Shown here in pieces: positions 43,304 to 51,341 of a DNA stretch of 64,000 bases. The DNA is from an uncultured Gemmatimonadaceae bacterium. Its GTDB lineage: Bacteria; Gemmatimonadota; Gemmatimonadetes; Gemmatimonadales; Gemmatimonadaceae. Within the stretch, counting starts at the first letter, position 1. Each line of letters begins with the position of its first letter. A model generated the notes under the pieces. That model did not search any database. It was not told the DNA's origin and worked only from the letters and a program-made list of their open reading frames with translations. The translations under genes were made by a program, and so were the position numbers. The stretch lies in contig CAVUDW010000002.1 in assembly GCA_963740355.1 (NCBI GenBank), forward strand, positions 1,760,001 through 1,824,000. The letters are read 5' to 3'.

Positions 43304-43386
43304 GGTCGGAATCCTGTGGGCAGATGGGAGTGATGCGTGCGGTACTCGCTCGCAGGAGTACGATGCCGCGTCCCCCAGAGGCGCGA

Positions 43387-44415
43387 ATGGGTGAAGTGAC
43401 CCAACTTTTTGCGCCGATGGATGCGCCGGCTTACGCGCCGCTGCGGATCGGCATCCTCGGCAGTGCGCGCATCGCACGGAATTTCGCAGCAGGCGTTTCC
43501 GCGTCGTCGCGCGTGGTTGTCGCCGCGATTGCCAGTCGTGACAGCGCGCGTGCGCAGCAGTTCGCGACGGACAACGGCATCGCACTGTCGTTCGGATCGT
43601 ACCAGTCGATGCTCGACTCGGATGCAATCGACGTGGTCTACAATCCGCTGCCGAACAGCCTGCACGCGGAATGGTCGATTCGTGCGATGGAAGCGGGCAA
43701 GCATGTGCTCTGCGAGAAGCCGCTTGCCGCATCAGCCCATGAGGCGCGCGCGATGTACGATGCCGCACGACGACACGGCGTTCATCTCGTGGAGGCGTAT
43801 CCGTATCGGTCGCAGCCGCAGACACTGATCCTGCAACAGATGATCGCCGCCGGCGAGATCGGCCGCGTCCGCACGATTCACGCGGCGTTCGGATTCACAC
43901 TCACCGATCGCAGCAACATTCGATTCGACGCCGCGCTGGCCGGCGGCGCGCTGATGGATTTGGGCAGCTATCCGCTGAGCTTTATCCGGATGCTCGCTGG
44001 AGCCGCTCCTACCGCGATGTCTGCCCTCGGCACGTGGGACGAAGCGGGCGTCGACACGGCAGCCGTGGTCTCATTGCGCTTTGCAGACGGAATGCTGGCG
44101 CAAGCGGCCTGCAGTTTCGACACGGTGGTTCATCGGCAGGCGTTGATCGCCGGCGACGCGGGCGTCATCGAGACGACCTTCGCCAATCACACCACCGACG
44201 TCCCGCCGGTGTTGCGAATCCGGCGCGGTTCCGACCGTCTCGCGCCATGGGAGGTGCTGCCGGTGCCTGGACTGAACGGCTTTCTCGCGGAAGCCGAGGC
44301 CTTCGCCGATCTCATCGCAGGAAAGCCGTGGACCGGCATCAGTGAAGCCGAGTCGCTGGATGTGGCCGTGATGCTCGACGCGTTGCGTGCGCAGGTGGCG
44401 TCGAGCGCTCCGTAG
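43387..44415 (+). CDS. Gfo/Idh/MocA family oxidoreductase
   Basis: IGILG.A.IA, YNPLPN.LH, GKHVLCEKP and GGALMDLGSY motifs. Confidence 0.92.
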   Translation: MGEVTQLFAPMDAPAYAPLRIGILGSARIARNFAAGVSASSRVVVAAIASRDSARAQQFATDNGIALSFGSYQSMLDSDAIDVVYNPLPNSLHAEWSIRAMEAGKHVLCEKPLAASAHEARAMYDAARRHGVHLVEAYPYRSQPQTLILQQMIAAGEIGRVRTIHAAFGFTLTDRSNIRFDAALAGGALMDLGSYPLSFIRMLAGAAPTAMSALGTWDEAGVDTAAVVSLRFADGMLAQAACSFDTVVHRQALIAGDAGVIETTFANHTTDVPPVLRIRRGSDRLAPWEVLPVPGLNGFLAEAEAFADLIAGKPWTGISEAESLDVAVMLDALRAQVASSAP

Positions 44416-44437
44416 TGCCACGGCGTTCGTCAGCGGT

Positions 44438-44473
44438 GCAATGCAGCGACGACGTGCAGGTCGACTGCATTGC
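44438..44473. terminator. Hairpin between convergent genes
   Basis: 9-bp stem GCAATGCAG / CTGCATTGC. Confidence 0.45.
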
Positions 44474-44507
44474 TCCCCTCAGCCGTCGTTGCGCGCCTGC
44501 TTCGTGA

Positions 44508-45518
44508 CTACGGCCGAATCGTGCGTGTCGTGTACGCGACGCCATCGGGCGTCTGGCCGGCGTCGATCTCACGAATGACCGTGCGGGTGGCGACATCGAT
44601 CACCGCCACCTTGCCTGTCGCGCTGAACGAAAGGAAAACGTGACGACCGTCAGGCGTGTACGTGATGCCCTGCGGTGCCTTGCCTGGCAGTGACAGTCGT
44701 TGCACTTCGGCGCGTGTCCTCCGCGTCACGAATCGCAGCTCTTCTCCCTTCAGGTCTGGGAGCAGGACCAGCGCCGTATCCGGCGAGAAAAGCACGCGGT
44801 AGGGCCAGCCGAAGCCCGTTGCCGCCGTCGTGACCGCACCGGTTGCAGCGTCAATCACGCTCACGTTGCCGGTGGCGTTACTGCCGACCCAGACCTCACT
44901 GCCGTCGGGCGTGACGTTGATCGCCTCCGGTTGCGCAGGGACGGAGATCGTCCGCAGTGCTGCGCCGCTGGTGAGATCGAGCTCGGTGACACTGTTGCTG
45001 CCGATGTTGCCGGTCCATGCACGTCGACCATCGCCCGTGACGCCGACCATGTGCGACCCGTTCTGGCCGGTCGGGATCGCGCGCACGATCTGCCCCGACA
45101 CCAGGTGCACGATCAGCAGGGTCTTGTTCGTCTCGGACGTCACCGCCGCCAGCGAGTCCCCAGGCAACAACACGATGCCATGTGGACGACGGTATTCACC
45201 AAGGGTGATCGTGCGTGCGACGCGCATGGCGGGGATGTCGATCACCGTCAGCGAACTGCCGGGCACCTGCGCGCCATAGTCGGTTATGACCGCGATGCGG
45301 CCATCGCGTGACGTCACCACTTCGTGCGGCCCCTGCCCGGTGGGGAGTGTGGCGATCACGCGACCGCTGGCGACGTCGAGGATCGTTGCCGTGGCGGGGC
45401 TCTTGTTGGTGATGACGAGTGTGCCGGATTGCGCAGACAGCGCGCCAGTCGCGAATACACTGGCCAGCAGCAGCCTGGCTGCTGCCGTCAACGTCTGGCG
45501 TCGGGAAGCGTCGATCAT
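44508..45518 (-). CDS. Secreted YVTN/YncE-type beta-propeller protein
   Basis: Signal peptide and repeated blades ending in G..PH/PE/PQ..TPDG. Conserved PHE, PHG and SHM His residues. Confidence 0.85.
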   Translation of the reverse strand: MIDASRRQTLTAAARLLLASVFATGALSAQSGTLVITNKSPATATILDVASGRVIATLPTGQGPHEVVTSRDGRIAVITDYGAQVPGSSLTVIDIPAMRVARTITLGEYRRPHGIVLLPGDSLAAVTSETNKTLLIVHLVSGQIVRAIPTGQNGSHMVGVTGDGRRAWTGNIGSNSVTELDLTSGAALRTISVPAQPEAINVTPDGSEVWVGSNATGNVSVIDAATGAVTTAATGFGWPYRVLFSPDTALVLLPDLKGEELRFVTRRTRAEVQRLSLPGKAPQGITYTPDGRHVFLSFSATGKVAVIDVATRTVIREIDAGQTPDGVAYTTRTIRP

Positions 45519-45597
45519 GGCGTGGCCCTGAAACGGAAGTTTTCGTCGGCGGATACAGCTTCGTACGCAGCGGCGTGGTGGAACGCTACGCGGCGCC

Positions 45598-45915
45598 TCA
45601 CCGCGACTTGAACGACCAGCCCCGAAGCTTGAGGGCATCGCCCAGGATGCGAACCGCCTTCGGGCCCATCCCGTGTTTCGCCAGAAGCTCCCGCTCGGTG
45701 ACCGTCGTGAGATGCTCGAGGCGGGTCAGCCCAGCCGCAAGCAGCGCCCGCAATGCGGGTTCAGCCACGCCGCGCGGAAACTGCTCGCGAATGGTCGCAG
45801 TGCTGGCGTTCGCCTCAGCGCGCTTCGCCGGATCCTCGGTCAGCGGACAGGATGATCCACTGACCGCTGATGGTTTTGCGGTGCTGCGCAGCATCGGCCT
45901 CGCGTTCGCCTTCAT
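45598..45915 (-). CDS. Small helix-hairpin-helix DNA-binding protein
   Basis: PA.RAL..AG...L..L....E.ELL..HGMGPKA motif. Confidence 0.75.
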   Translation of the reverse strand: MKANARPMLRSTAKPSAVSGSSCPLTEDPAKRAEANASTATIREQFPRGVAEPALRALLAAGLTRLEHLTTVTERELLAKHGMGPKAVRILGDALKLRGWSFKSR

Positions 45916-45916
45916 G

Positions 45917-46429
45917 TCACTGTCGCGACTTGATGAACGCCACCAGCTGGTCGAGCGCCGTCCCCCAACCCGTGTGGAATCCCATCGCTTCATGTTGTGC
46001 CCGACCTTCAGGATCGGCGTGCGTCGCAATGGCCGTGTACTTCGTGCCGCTGCCGACCGATTCGAGCTCGATCGAGGCCGTCATCTGCATCTGGCTCCCG
46101 GTCGAGTGTGCGCGCAGCGTGGGCCGAAAGCCCGGGCCGAGCGCGTCGGTCCAGACCACGCGCGTTTCTGGCACCACCTCCAGATAGCAGCCCGCGTTCG
46201 GATATTCCTCGCCTTCGGGCGACACCATCGTGGTGAAGAACTCTCCACCCGGGCGCAGGTCGATACGGCAGGCGTTCACGCTCCACGGCTTGGGGCAGAA
46301 CCATGGCATCAGCAATTCCGGCGTCGTCCACGCGGCCCACACGAGGCTCTTGGGGACATCGATCACGCGCTCCAGCACCAGGTCGAGCGCTGGGTTCACG
46401 ACGATGGGCGAGCGAGCAGTCATTTCCAT
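45917..46429 (-). CDS. SRPBCC/AHSA1-like (START fold) protein
   Basis: [29 protein letters not shown] and HEAMGFH.GWG motifs. Confidence 0.9.
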   Translation of the reverse strand: MEMTARSPIVVNPALDLVLERVIDVPKSLVWAAWTTPELLMPWFCPKPWSVNACRIDLRPGGEFFTTMVSPEGEEYPNAGCYLEVVPETRVVWTDALGPGFRPTLRAHSTGSQMQMTASIELESVGSGTKYTAIATHADPEGRAQHEAMGFHTGWGTALDQLVAFIKSRQ

Positions 46430-46574
46430 TCCTCAGGGCGAATAGGCACAGTGGCGATTCTAGGCCTGGGCATCGCTTAGGGCAACACCTTAGTGATGCA
46501 TCGCAAGATGGCGCGCGGGTGATCGATTGTGACCTGCGGTGTCGCGCCGCGGCGCACCGAGCGAGCTTTCGCGC

Positions 46575-47345
46575 GTGACCACTGCCTCGTCGGGCTCGCT
46601 GACACACTTTGCGCTGGAAACCCTGGCGTACTTCGTCGCGGCTCGCTGGTACTGGCGCGCTGCTCGGGTGGGACCACAGCCGCCGCCGCGCGACCGCTTC
46701 CTTCTCCTCGCGTGCGCCGTGTTCGGGGCAGCACTCGGCAGCAAGCTGCTGCATGTGTTCGAGCACCTGCCGGCGCTGCTCGAGCGGCGCGACATGGCGC
46801 TCTGGCTCGGTGGAAAGTCAGTGCTTGGCGGTTTCCTTGGCGGCACCGTCGGCGTCGAGATCGGCAAGCGGAGCATCGGTTGGCGTCAGGCCACCGGCGA
46901 CACCTGGGTAGTGCCGATCACCCTCGGGCTGCTGATCGGTCGCCTCGGCTGTCAGCTCTCCGGACTCTGGGATCAGACCTACGGCAATCCGACCACGCTG
47001 CCGTGGGGCTGGAATTACGGCGATGGCATTCCGCGGCACCCGGTCGCCGCATACGAAATGTTCGGTGTGATGCTCCTGTATCTCGCAATACGACATCGTT
47101 TCGACCCGTTTCCGGGGGCGCGATTCGCCGCGCTGCTGCTCGGGTACTCGGCGTTGCGCCTCGCCCTCGAGTGCCTCAAGCCTCCGTTTGGTCCACTGGC
47201 GCCCGGCACATTGCCGGTGGCACTCTACGCGGGCCTGACCGCCATTCAGTGGGCCGCGCTCTTCGGTATCGTGTGGTATGGCGTGCTTTTGCGTCGTCGC
47301 CTGACGGTGGTCGAGTCGCCCGCCGCGACACGCGCCGCGTACTGA
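46575..47345 (+). CDS. Divergent prolipoprotein diacylglyceryl transferase (Lgt)-family membrane protein
   Basis: About 7 TM helices, with G.KL, GGKS.LGG..GG, IGRLGC..G, G.PT.LPWG, RHP..AYE, Y...R...E and LT.IQ motifs. GTG start at 46575 chosen; the ORF track gives 46539. Confidence 0.85.
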   Translation: MTTASSGSLTHFALETLAYFVAARWYWRAARVGPQPPPRDRFLLLACAVFGAALGSKLLHVFEHLPALLERRDMALWLGGKSVLGGFLGGTVGVEIGKRSIGWRQATGDTWVVPITLGLLIGRLGCQLSGLWDQTYGNPTTLPWGWNYGDGIPRHPVAAYEMFGVMLLYLAIRHRFDPFPGARFAALLLGYSALRLALECLKPPFGPLAPGTLPVALYAGLTAIQWAALFGIVWYGVLLRRRLTVVESPAATRAAY

Positions 47346-47365
47346 CTCCTGCTGCCCACCACTGA

Positions 47366-48800
47366 ATGCCGAAGACGCGTCCCTACCTCTACTACGATCA
47401 CGTCGTCAGCCTGTGCGACGAGTGCCTGCGTCGCATCGAGGGGAAGCTCGTCATTCGCGACAACATGGTGTGGATGTACAAGTGGTGTCCGTCGCATGGG
47501 CAGACGAAGGTGCTCGTCGCCTCGGATGCGGCCTTCTGGCGCATGGGGCGCGAGGTCTACATCAAGCCCCCCGAAATGCCGGAGCGGTTCAACACCGAGA
47601 TGGCATGGGGCTGCCCATATGATTGCGGACTCTGTCCGGATCACATGCAGCACTCCTGCCTCACGATTCTCGAGGTCACGGATCACTGCAATCTCTCGTG
47701 CCCGGTGTGTTACGCCGCGAGCGGGCCACATCGCACCGAGCGGCGTGACCTGGCCACGATCGAGAAGATGCTGGATGCCATCGTGGCGAATGAAGGTGAG
47801 CCGGATGTGGTGCAGATCTCCGGTGGTGAGCCGACGACACATCCCGACTTTTTCGCCATTCTCGATGCGGCGAAGCGTCGGCCGATCCGGCACCTGATGC
47901 TGAATACGAATGGGATTCGGATCGCGCAGGAGCCTGGGTTTGCGGAACGCCTGGCTGCGTACGCACCGGGCTTCGAGATCTACCTGCAATTCGATTCATT
48001 GCAGCGTGATGCACTTCATGACCCTGCGCGGTGCGGACCTGCGCAGGATCCGTGAAGAGGCGGTGGCGGCGCTCGATCGCGTCGGTCTGTCCACCACGCT
48101 CGTGATGACGGTCGCGCAGGGCGTGAACGACCAGGAGATCGGCGATGTGATCGAGTGGGCGACGAAACACTCGTGCATCCGCGGCGTGACGCTGCAGCCG
48201 ATCCAGTTCGCTGGACGAATCGATGGGGTGCCGCAACAGACGGCACGCCTCACGCTCACCGAGGTGCGGCAGCGGCTGCTCGACCAATGCCCGATCTTCC
48301 AGCCGGATGATGTGATTCCGGTGCCGTGCAATCCCGATGCGCTGGCGATGGGTTATGCGCTCCGGACACCCGCCGGCATCATGCCGCTGACGCGTTTCAT
48401 TCCTCCCGACGTCCTGCTGGCTGGTGAGCGCAACACCATCGTGTTCGAGCAGGATCCGAATCTCAAGGACCAGGTCTTCCGGCTCTTCGCGACCAATCAC
48501 TCGCCGGAGTCGCAGGCAAAACATCTCGCTTCGCTGCTCTGCTGCCTGCCGAGCATCGACGCGCCGCCGAGTGTGGGCTATGACAGCGTGTTCCGCGTGC
48601 TGATCATGGCGTTCATGGATGCCACGGCGTTCGATGTTCGCGCAATGAAGAAGAGCTGCGTGCACATCGTGCAACCCGATGGCCGGATCATCCCATTCGA
48701 GTCGTACAACCTGTTGTATCGAGACGACCGTCGCGCGATCCTCGACGAACGACGTGCCGAAGTGGATCAACTCTTCCAGCTGCAGCGGAGCCCCGTATGA
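47366..48800 (+). CDS. Radical SAM protein of the COG1964/Tes (GDGT-MAS)-like family, interrupted by a +1 frameshift at about 48014-48017
   Basis: SLCDEC...KWCPSHG, GCPYDCGLCPDH, CNLSCPVC and SGGEPT lie in frame 1. G.ND, FMD...FD...KKSC.H and DGRIIPF..YN lie in frame 2. Removing one base from GCA-CTTC-ATG gives a single 477-aa ORF. Confidence 0.88.
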
Positions 48801-48813
48801 ACGGTCTACCGGC

Positions 48814-49041
48814 ATGAAACGCGTCGTGGTTGGGATCTTGCTGCTGGTTGGCGGCCTGCTTGGCCTGTTCATGTCGGCATGCGGCGCCTTCATCAGCGTG
48901 GCGATGCTCGCGGACCGTGCGAGTCGGCAATACGCGGGTATGCTGATTCTGTCCGTGCCGTGTGCGCTGGTTGGCGTGCTGCTGCTCTGGTTTGTTTGGC
49001 GCCGCTTCAAGAAGTTTCGCGCACCAATCACGAATGGCTGA
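48814..49041 (+). CDS. 75-aa two-helix membrane peptide with lipobox-like MSAC
   Basis: MKR, a hydrophobic h-region and FMSA-C-G, then a second hydrophobic helix containing Cys and a basic tail RRFKKFR. Starts 13 nt after the radical SAM stop. Confidence 0.72.
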   Translation: MKRVVVGILLLVGGLLGLFMSACGAFISVAMLADRASRQYAGMLILSVPCALVGVLLLWFVWRRFKKFRAPITNG

Positions 49042-49178
49042 TCGAGTTGGGCAAGACCGGGGGGCGCCTGTCAGCGTTTCGTGTGGAGGATCACGGCTTC
49101 GCGCGTCCGTCGAGCTGGACTGATGAGTACAGTCGCATCGTCACTCTGTTCGAGCGGACGATTGGTCCCAACGCATAG
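49038..49178 (+). pseudogene. C-terminal remnant of an S9 (prolyl oligopeptidase/dipeptidyl aminopeptidase) peptidase gene
   Basis: The frame reads LIELGKTG...VEDHGFARPSSWTDEYSRIVTLFE-stop, resembling the catalytic-His 'E.HGF' tail of S9 peptidases. No catalytic Ser region upstream. Confidence 0.6.
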
Positions 49179-49241
49179 AAGGTCAGTGCAAGGAGTCGTT
49201 AAGGACGTGAGTCTACAGCGGATGCACCTGGAGTGTGTGTC

Positions 49242-50223
49242 GTGAATGCGATGCGCGACCGCGGCGGTCGGCAGTCGCCACTGGCGGGACTGCTGCACGC
49301 CCGAGGGCTGGTGGTGGTTGACGGTGCGCTCGCCACGGAGCTCGAGCGACGGGGAGCGGACCTGCACGACCCACTCTGGTCGGCGCGTGTGCTGCTCGAG
49401 CAGCCGGCGCTCATCCGAGCGGTGCACGATGCCTACTTCGCCGCCGGCGCCGACATCGCGATTTCGGCGACCTATCAGGCCTCGTTCGAGGGGTTCGCGC
49501 GTCGAGGAATGGATGCGAGACGCCGCCGCCGCCTTGATGCGCGAAGCAGTCGCGATCGCCCGGGCCTCCCGCGACGCCTGGTGGGCGGCGCAGTCCCAGA
49601 TCGATGCGCGTCTGCGCCCGCTGGTCGCGGCCAGCGTCGGACCCTACGGCGCCTTCCTCGCCGATGGATCGGAGTACCGAGGCCAGTATGCGCTCACCGA
49701 GGAGCAGCTCGTCGCGTGGCATCGCGCGCGATTCGCGGTACTTGCAAGCAGCGGCGCTGAACTGCTGGCTTGCGAGACCATCCCCTGCGGCGACGAAGCA
49801 CGGGCGCTGGTGCGTTTGCTCGATGAACATCCGGGAGTGAAGGCTTGGATCAGCTTCTCTGCGCGCGATGGCGACGCGGTGGCGAACGGCGAGAGCTTTG
49901 CGGCGCTGGCCGCAGAAATCGGCGCGCATCCCCAGGTCGTTGCGATTGGCATCAACTGCACCGCACCACAGCATGTTGCCTCGCTGGTGCGCTCAGCGCG
50001 TGCCGTGACGTCGACGCCGATTGTCGTCTATCCCAACTCTGGCGAGACGTATGTCGCCGGAGACAAGCGTTGGGAGCCCGGCGCAGTCTGCGCGCCGTTC
50101 GTCGAGTCCGCGAAGCTGTGGGCCGCCGCCGGGGCCACGATCATCGGGGGCTGCTGTCGCACGACGCCAGAGGATGTCGCGGCGTTGCGTGTCTGGGTGG
50201 ACGCTGGCGCGGGCGCGGGGTGA
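49242..50223 (+). CDS. mmuM: Homocysteine S-methyltransferase, interrupted by a frameshift at about 49510-49519
   Basis: Frame 1 has DGALATELE, LWSA and AGAD...ATYQAS. Frame 2 has ASVGPYGA.LADGSEY.G.Y, ETIP, GINC, YPNSGE and GGCCRT. The joined product is about 326 aa. Confidence 0.88.
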
Positions 50224-50287
50224 AAGCTCCGCAGATCGATCGCGAAGGCGGCGTCGATCAAGCGGGCGGCGGCATCAAGAGGGCAGG

Positions 50288-50419
50288 GATCAAGGGGTCA
50301 GAGATCTTGATAGATCAAGGGGTCAGAGATCTTGATCGCCGGTCGCGCGTACGTAAGTGCTGACCCACGAACGACTTACGTCGCCAGGAGTGCCGATCAA
50401 GATCTCCGACCCCTTGATC
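50288..50419. repeat. REP/REPIN-like cluster: two tandem 25-mers plus one inverted copy
   Basis: GATCAAGGGGTCAGAGATCTTGAT(A/C) at 50288 and 50313. Inverted copy with 1 mismatch at 50395-50419. The spacer carries the inverted pair CGTAAGT/ACTTACG. Confidence 0.85.
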
Positions 50420-50619
50420 GGGACTCAAGTGCATGCGGCCCAAGCACTTACGCCAGAAATTTCCCTGACAGAGCTGCCGACCAGCGCACCGCCGTGCTCG
50501 CAGGCCGTGGATGACGGCCGCATGGGTGGATCGCGATCGTCGCGCACCGTACGCCCCGATGCGGGTGCTCCGCGCGTCGGACGCCGGAGGCAGGGCTCGC
50601 TGAAACTGGGAGGATCGGC

Positions 50620-50808
50620 GCCTCGTAGTGATTCCTGTAGCGAAAAGTAGATATGACAGGTTCCATGATGTATCGCCTGTGTATCCTCCTCGAAGATTGG
50701 AGAAAACTGTGTTGCATTTCCCAACCTGCCTCGTTTATGTATTGCAGGTAGGGGTCGAATGACCACGTAGTTGTTATGACAGATTCACTTTTCCCAAGGA
50801 GTCGTGTT
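50620..50808 (+). promoter_or_regulatory. AT-rich promoter/operator region upstream of the 50809 gene
   Basis: Visible drop in GC, a TTGCAT -35-like hexamer, the inverted repeat CCAACCTGC...GCAGGTAGG, and RBS AAGGAG at 50796. Confidence 0.5.
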
Positions 50809-51216
50809 ATGCGTTCACGCTCAGCCATCACCACCCTCGCGTCCGCCCTCACGCTCACCATCGCGGCCGCCAACCCCCTCGCAGCACAGCGCACCAGCGC
50901 CATGCCTGCCGGTGCAGCCCGCGTCGTTGCGGCCTACGATTTCCGCAACAGCCCGACGGACCTCGCCTTCCCGCGCTCGGTCACCGTCTCTGATTCGGCC
51001 GGCACCCTGCTCGCCCGTGTCGACGTCGCTGGTGAGAATCGCTCGATCCCGATGACCGTCACTGTCATCGAGTCCACCCTCGTCCTCCAGGGCGAAACCA
51101 AGGAAGGCGTGTTGACGCTCGTGCTCGATCGCCAGAACGAAGGCGGCGTGACCAAGCTCTCCAGCGGCACGTGGACGCTCGGCAAGTATCAGGGTGAACT
51201 CCGCGCGGCGAAGTAA
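50809..51216 (+). CDS. Small secreted beta-rich hypothetical protein
   Basis: Strong RBS, signal peptide ending PLAA-Q, and strongly C/G-biased third codon positions. Confidence 0.8.
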   Translation: MRSRSAITTLASALTLTIAAANPLAAQRTSAMPAGAARVVAAYDFRNSPTDLAFPRSVTVSDSAGTLLARVDVAGENRSIPMTVTVIESTLVLQGETKEGVLTLVLDRQNEGGVTKLSSGTWTLGKYQGELRAAK

Positions 51217-51341
51217 GCCAGTGTCGCACGCGGGCTTCTGGTGAAGTCCGGGATGCGCCAGTCGGAGACGACAGTCGCTGACGGCATCCCGGCCTTTGCC
51301 CTGGCCCCGCTAGATTCAGCGGGACACTCTCACCGGTTCGT

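Noticed and set aside
48010..48020. Programmed ribosomal frameshift in the radical SAM gene
   Set aside because: No slippery heptamer or obvious stimulatory element. A second nearby indel in mmuM favours sequence error or decay.
49242..50223. mmuM as a member of the radical SAM cassette (Met/SAM recycling)
   Set aside because: The intervening S9 remnant suggests mmuM belongs to the ancestral locus, so the adjacency may be incidental.
50288..50419. CRISPR-like 25-bp palindromic repeats
   Set aside because: Two copies abut with no spacer and the third is inverted. This fits REP-type elements.
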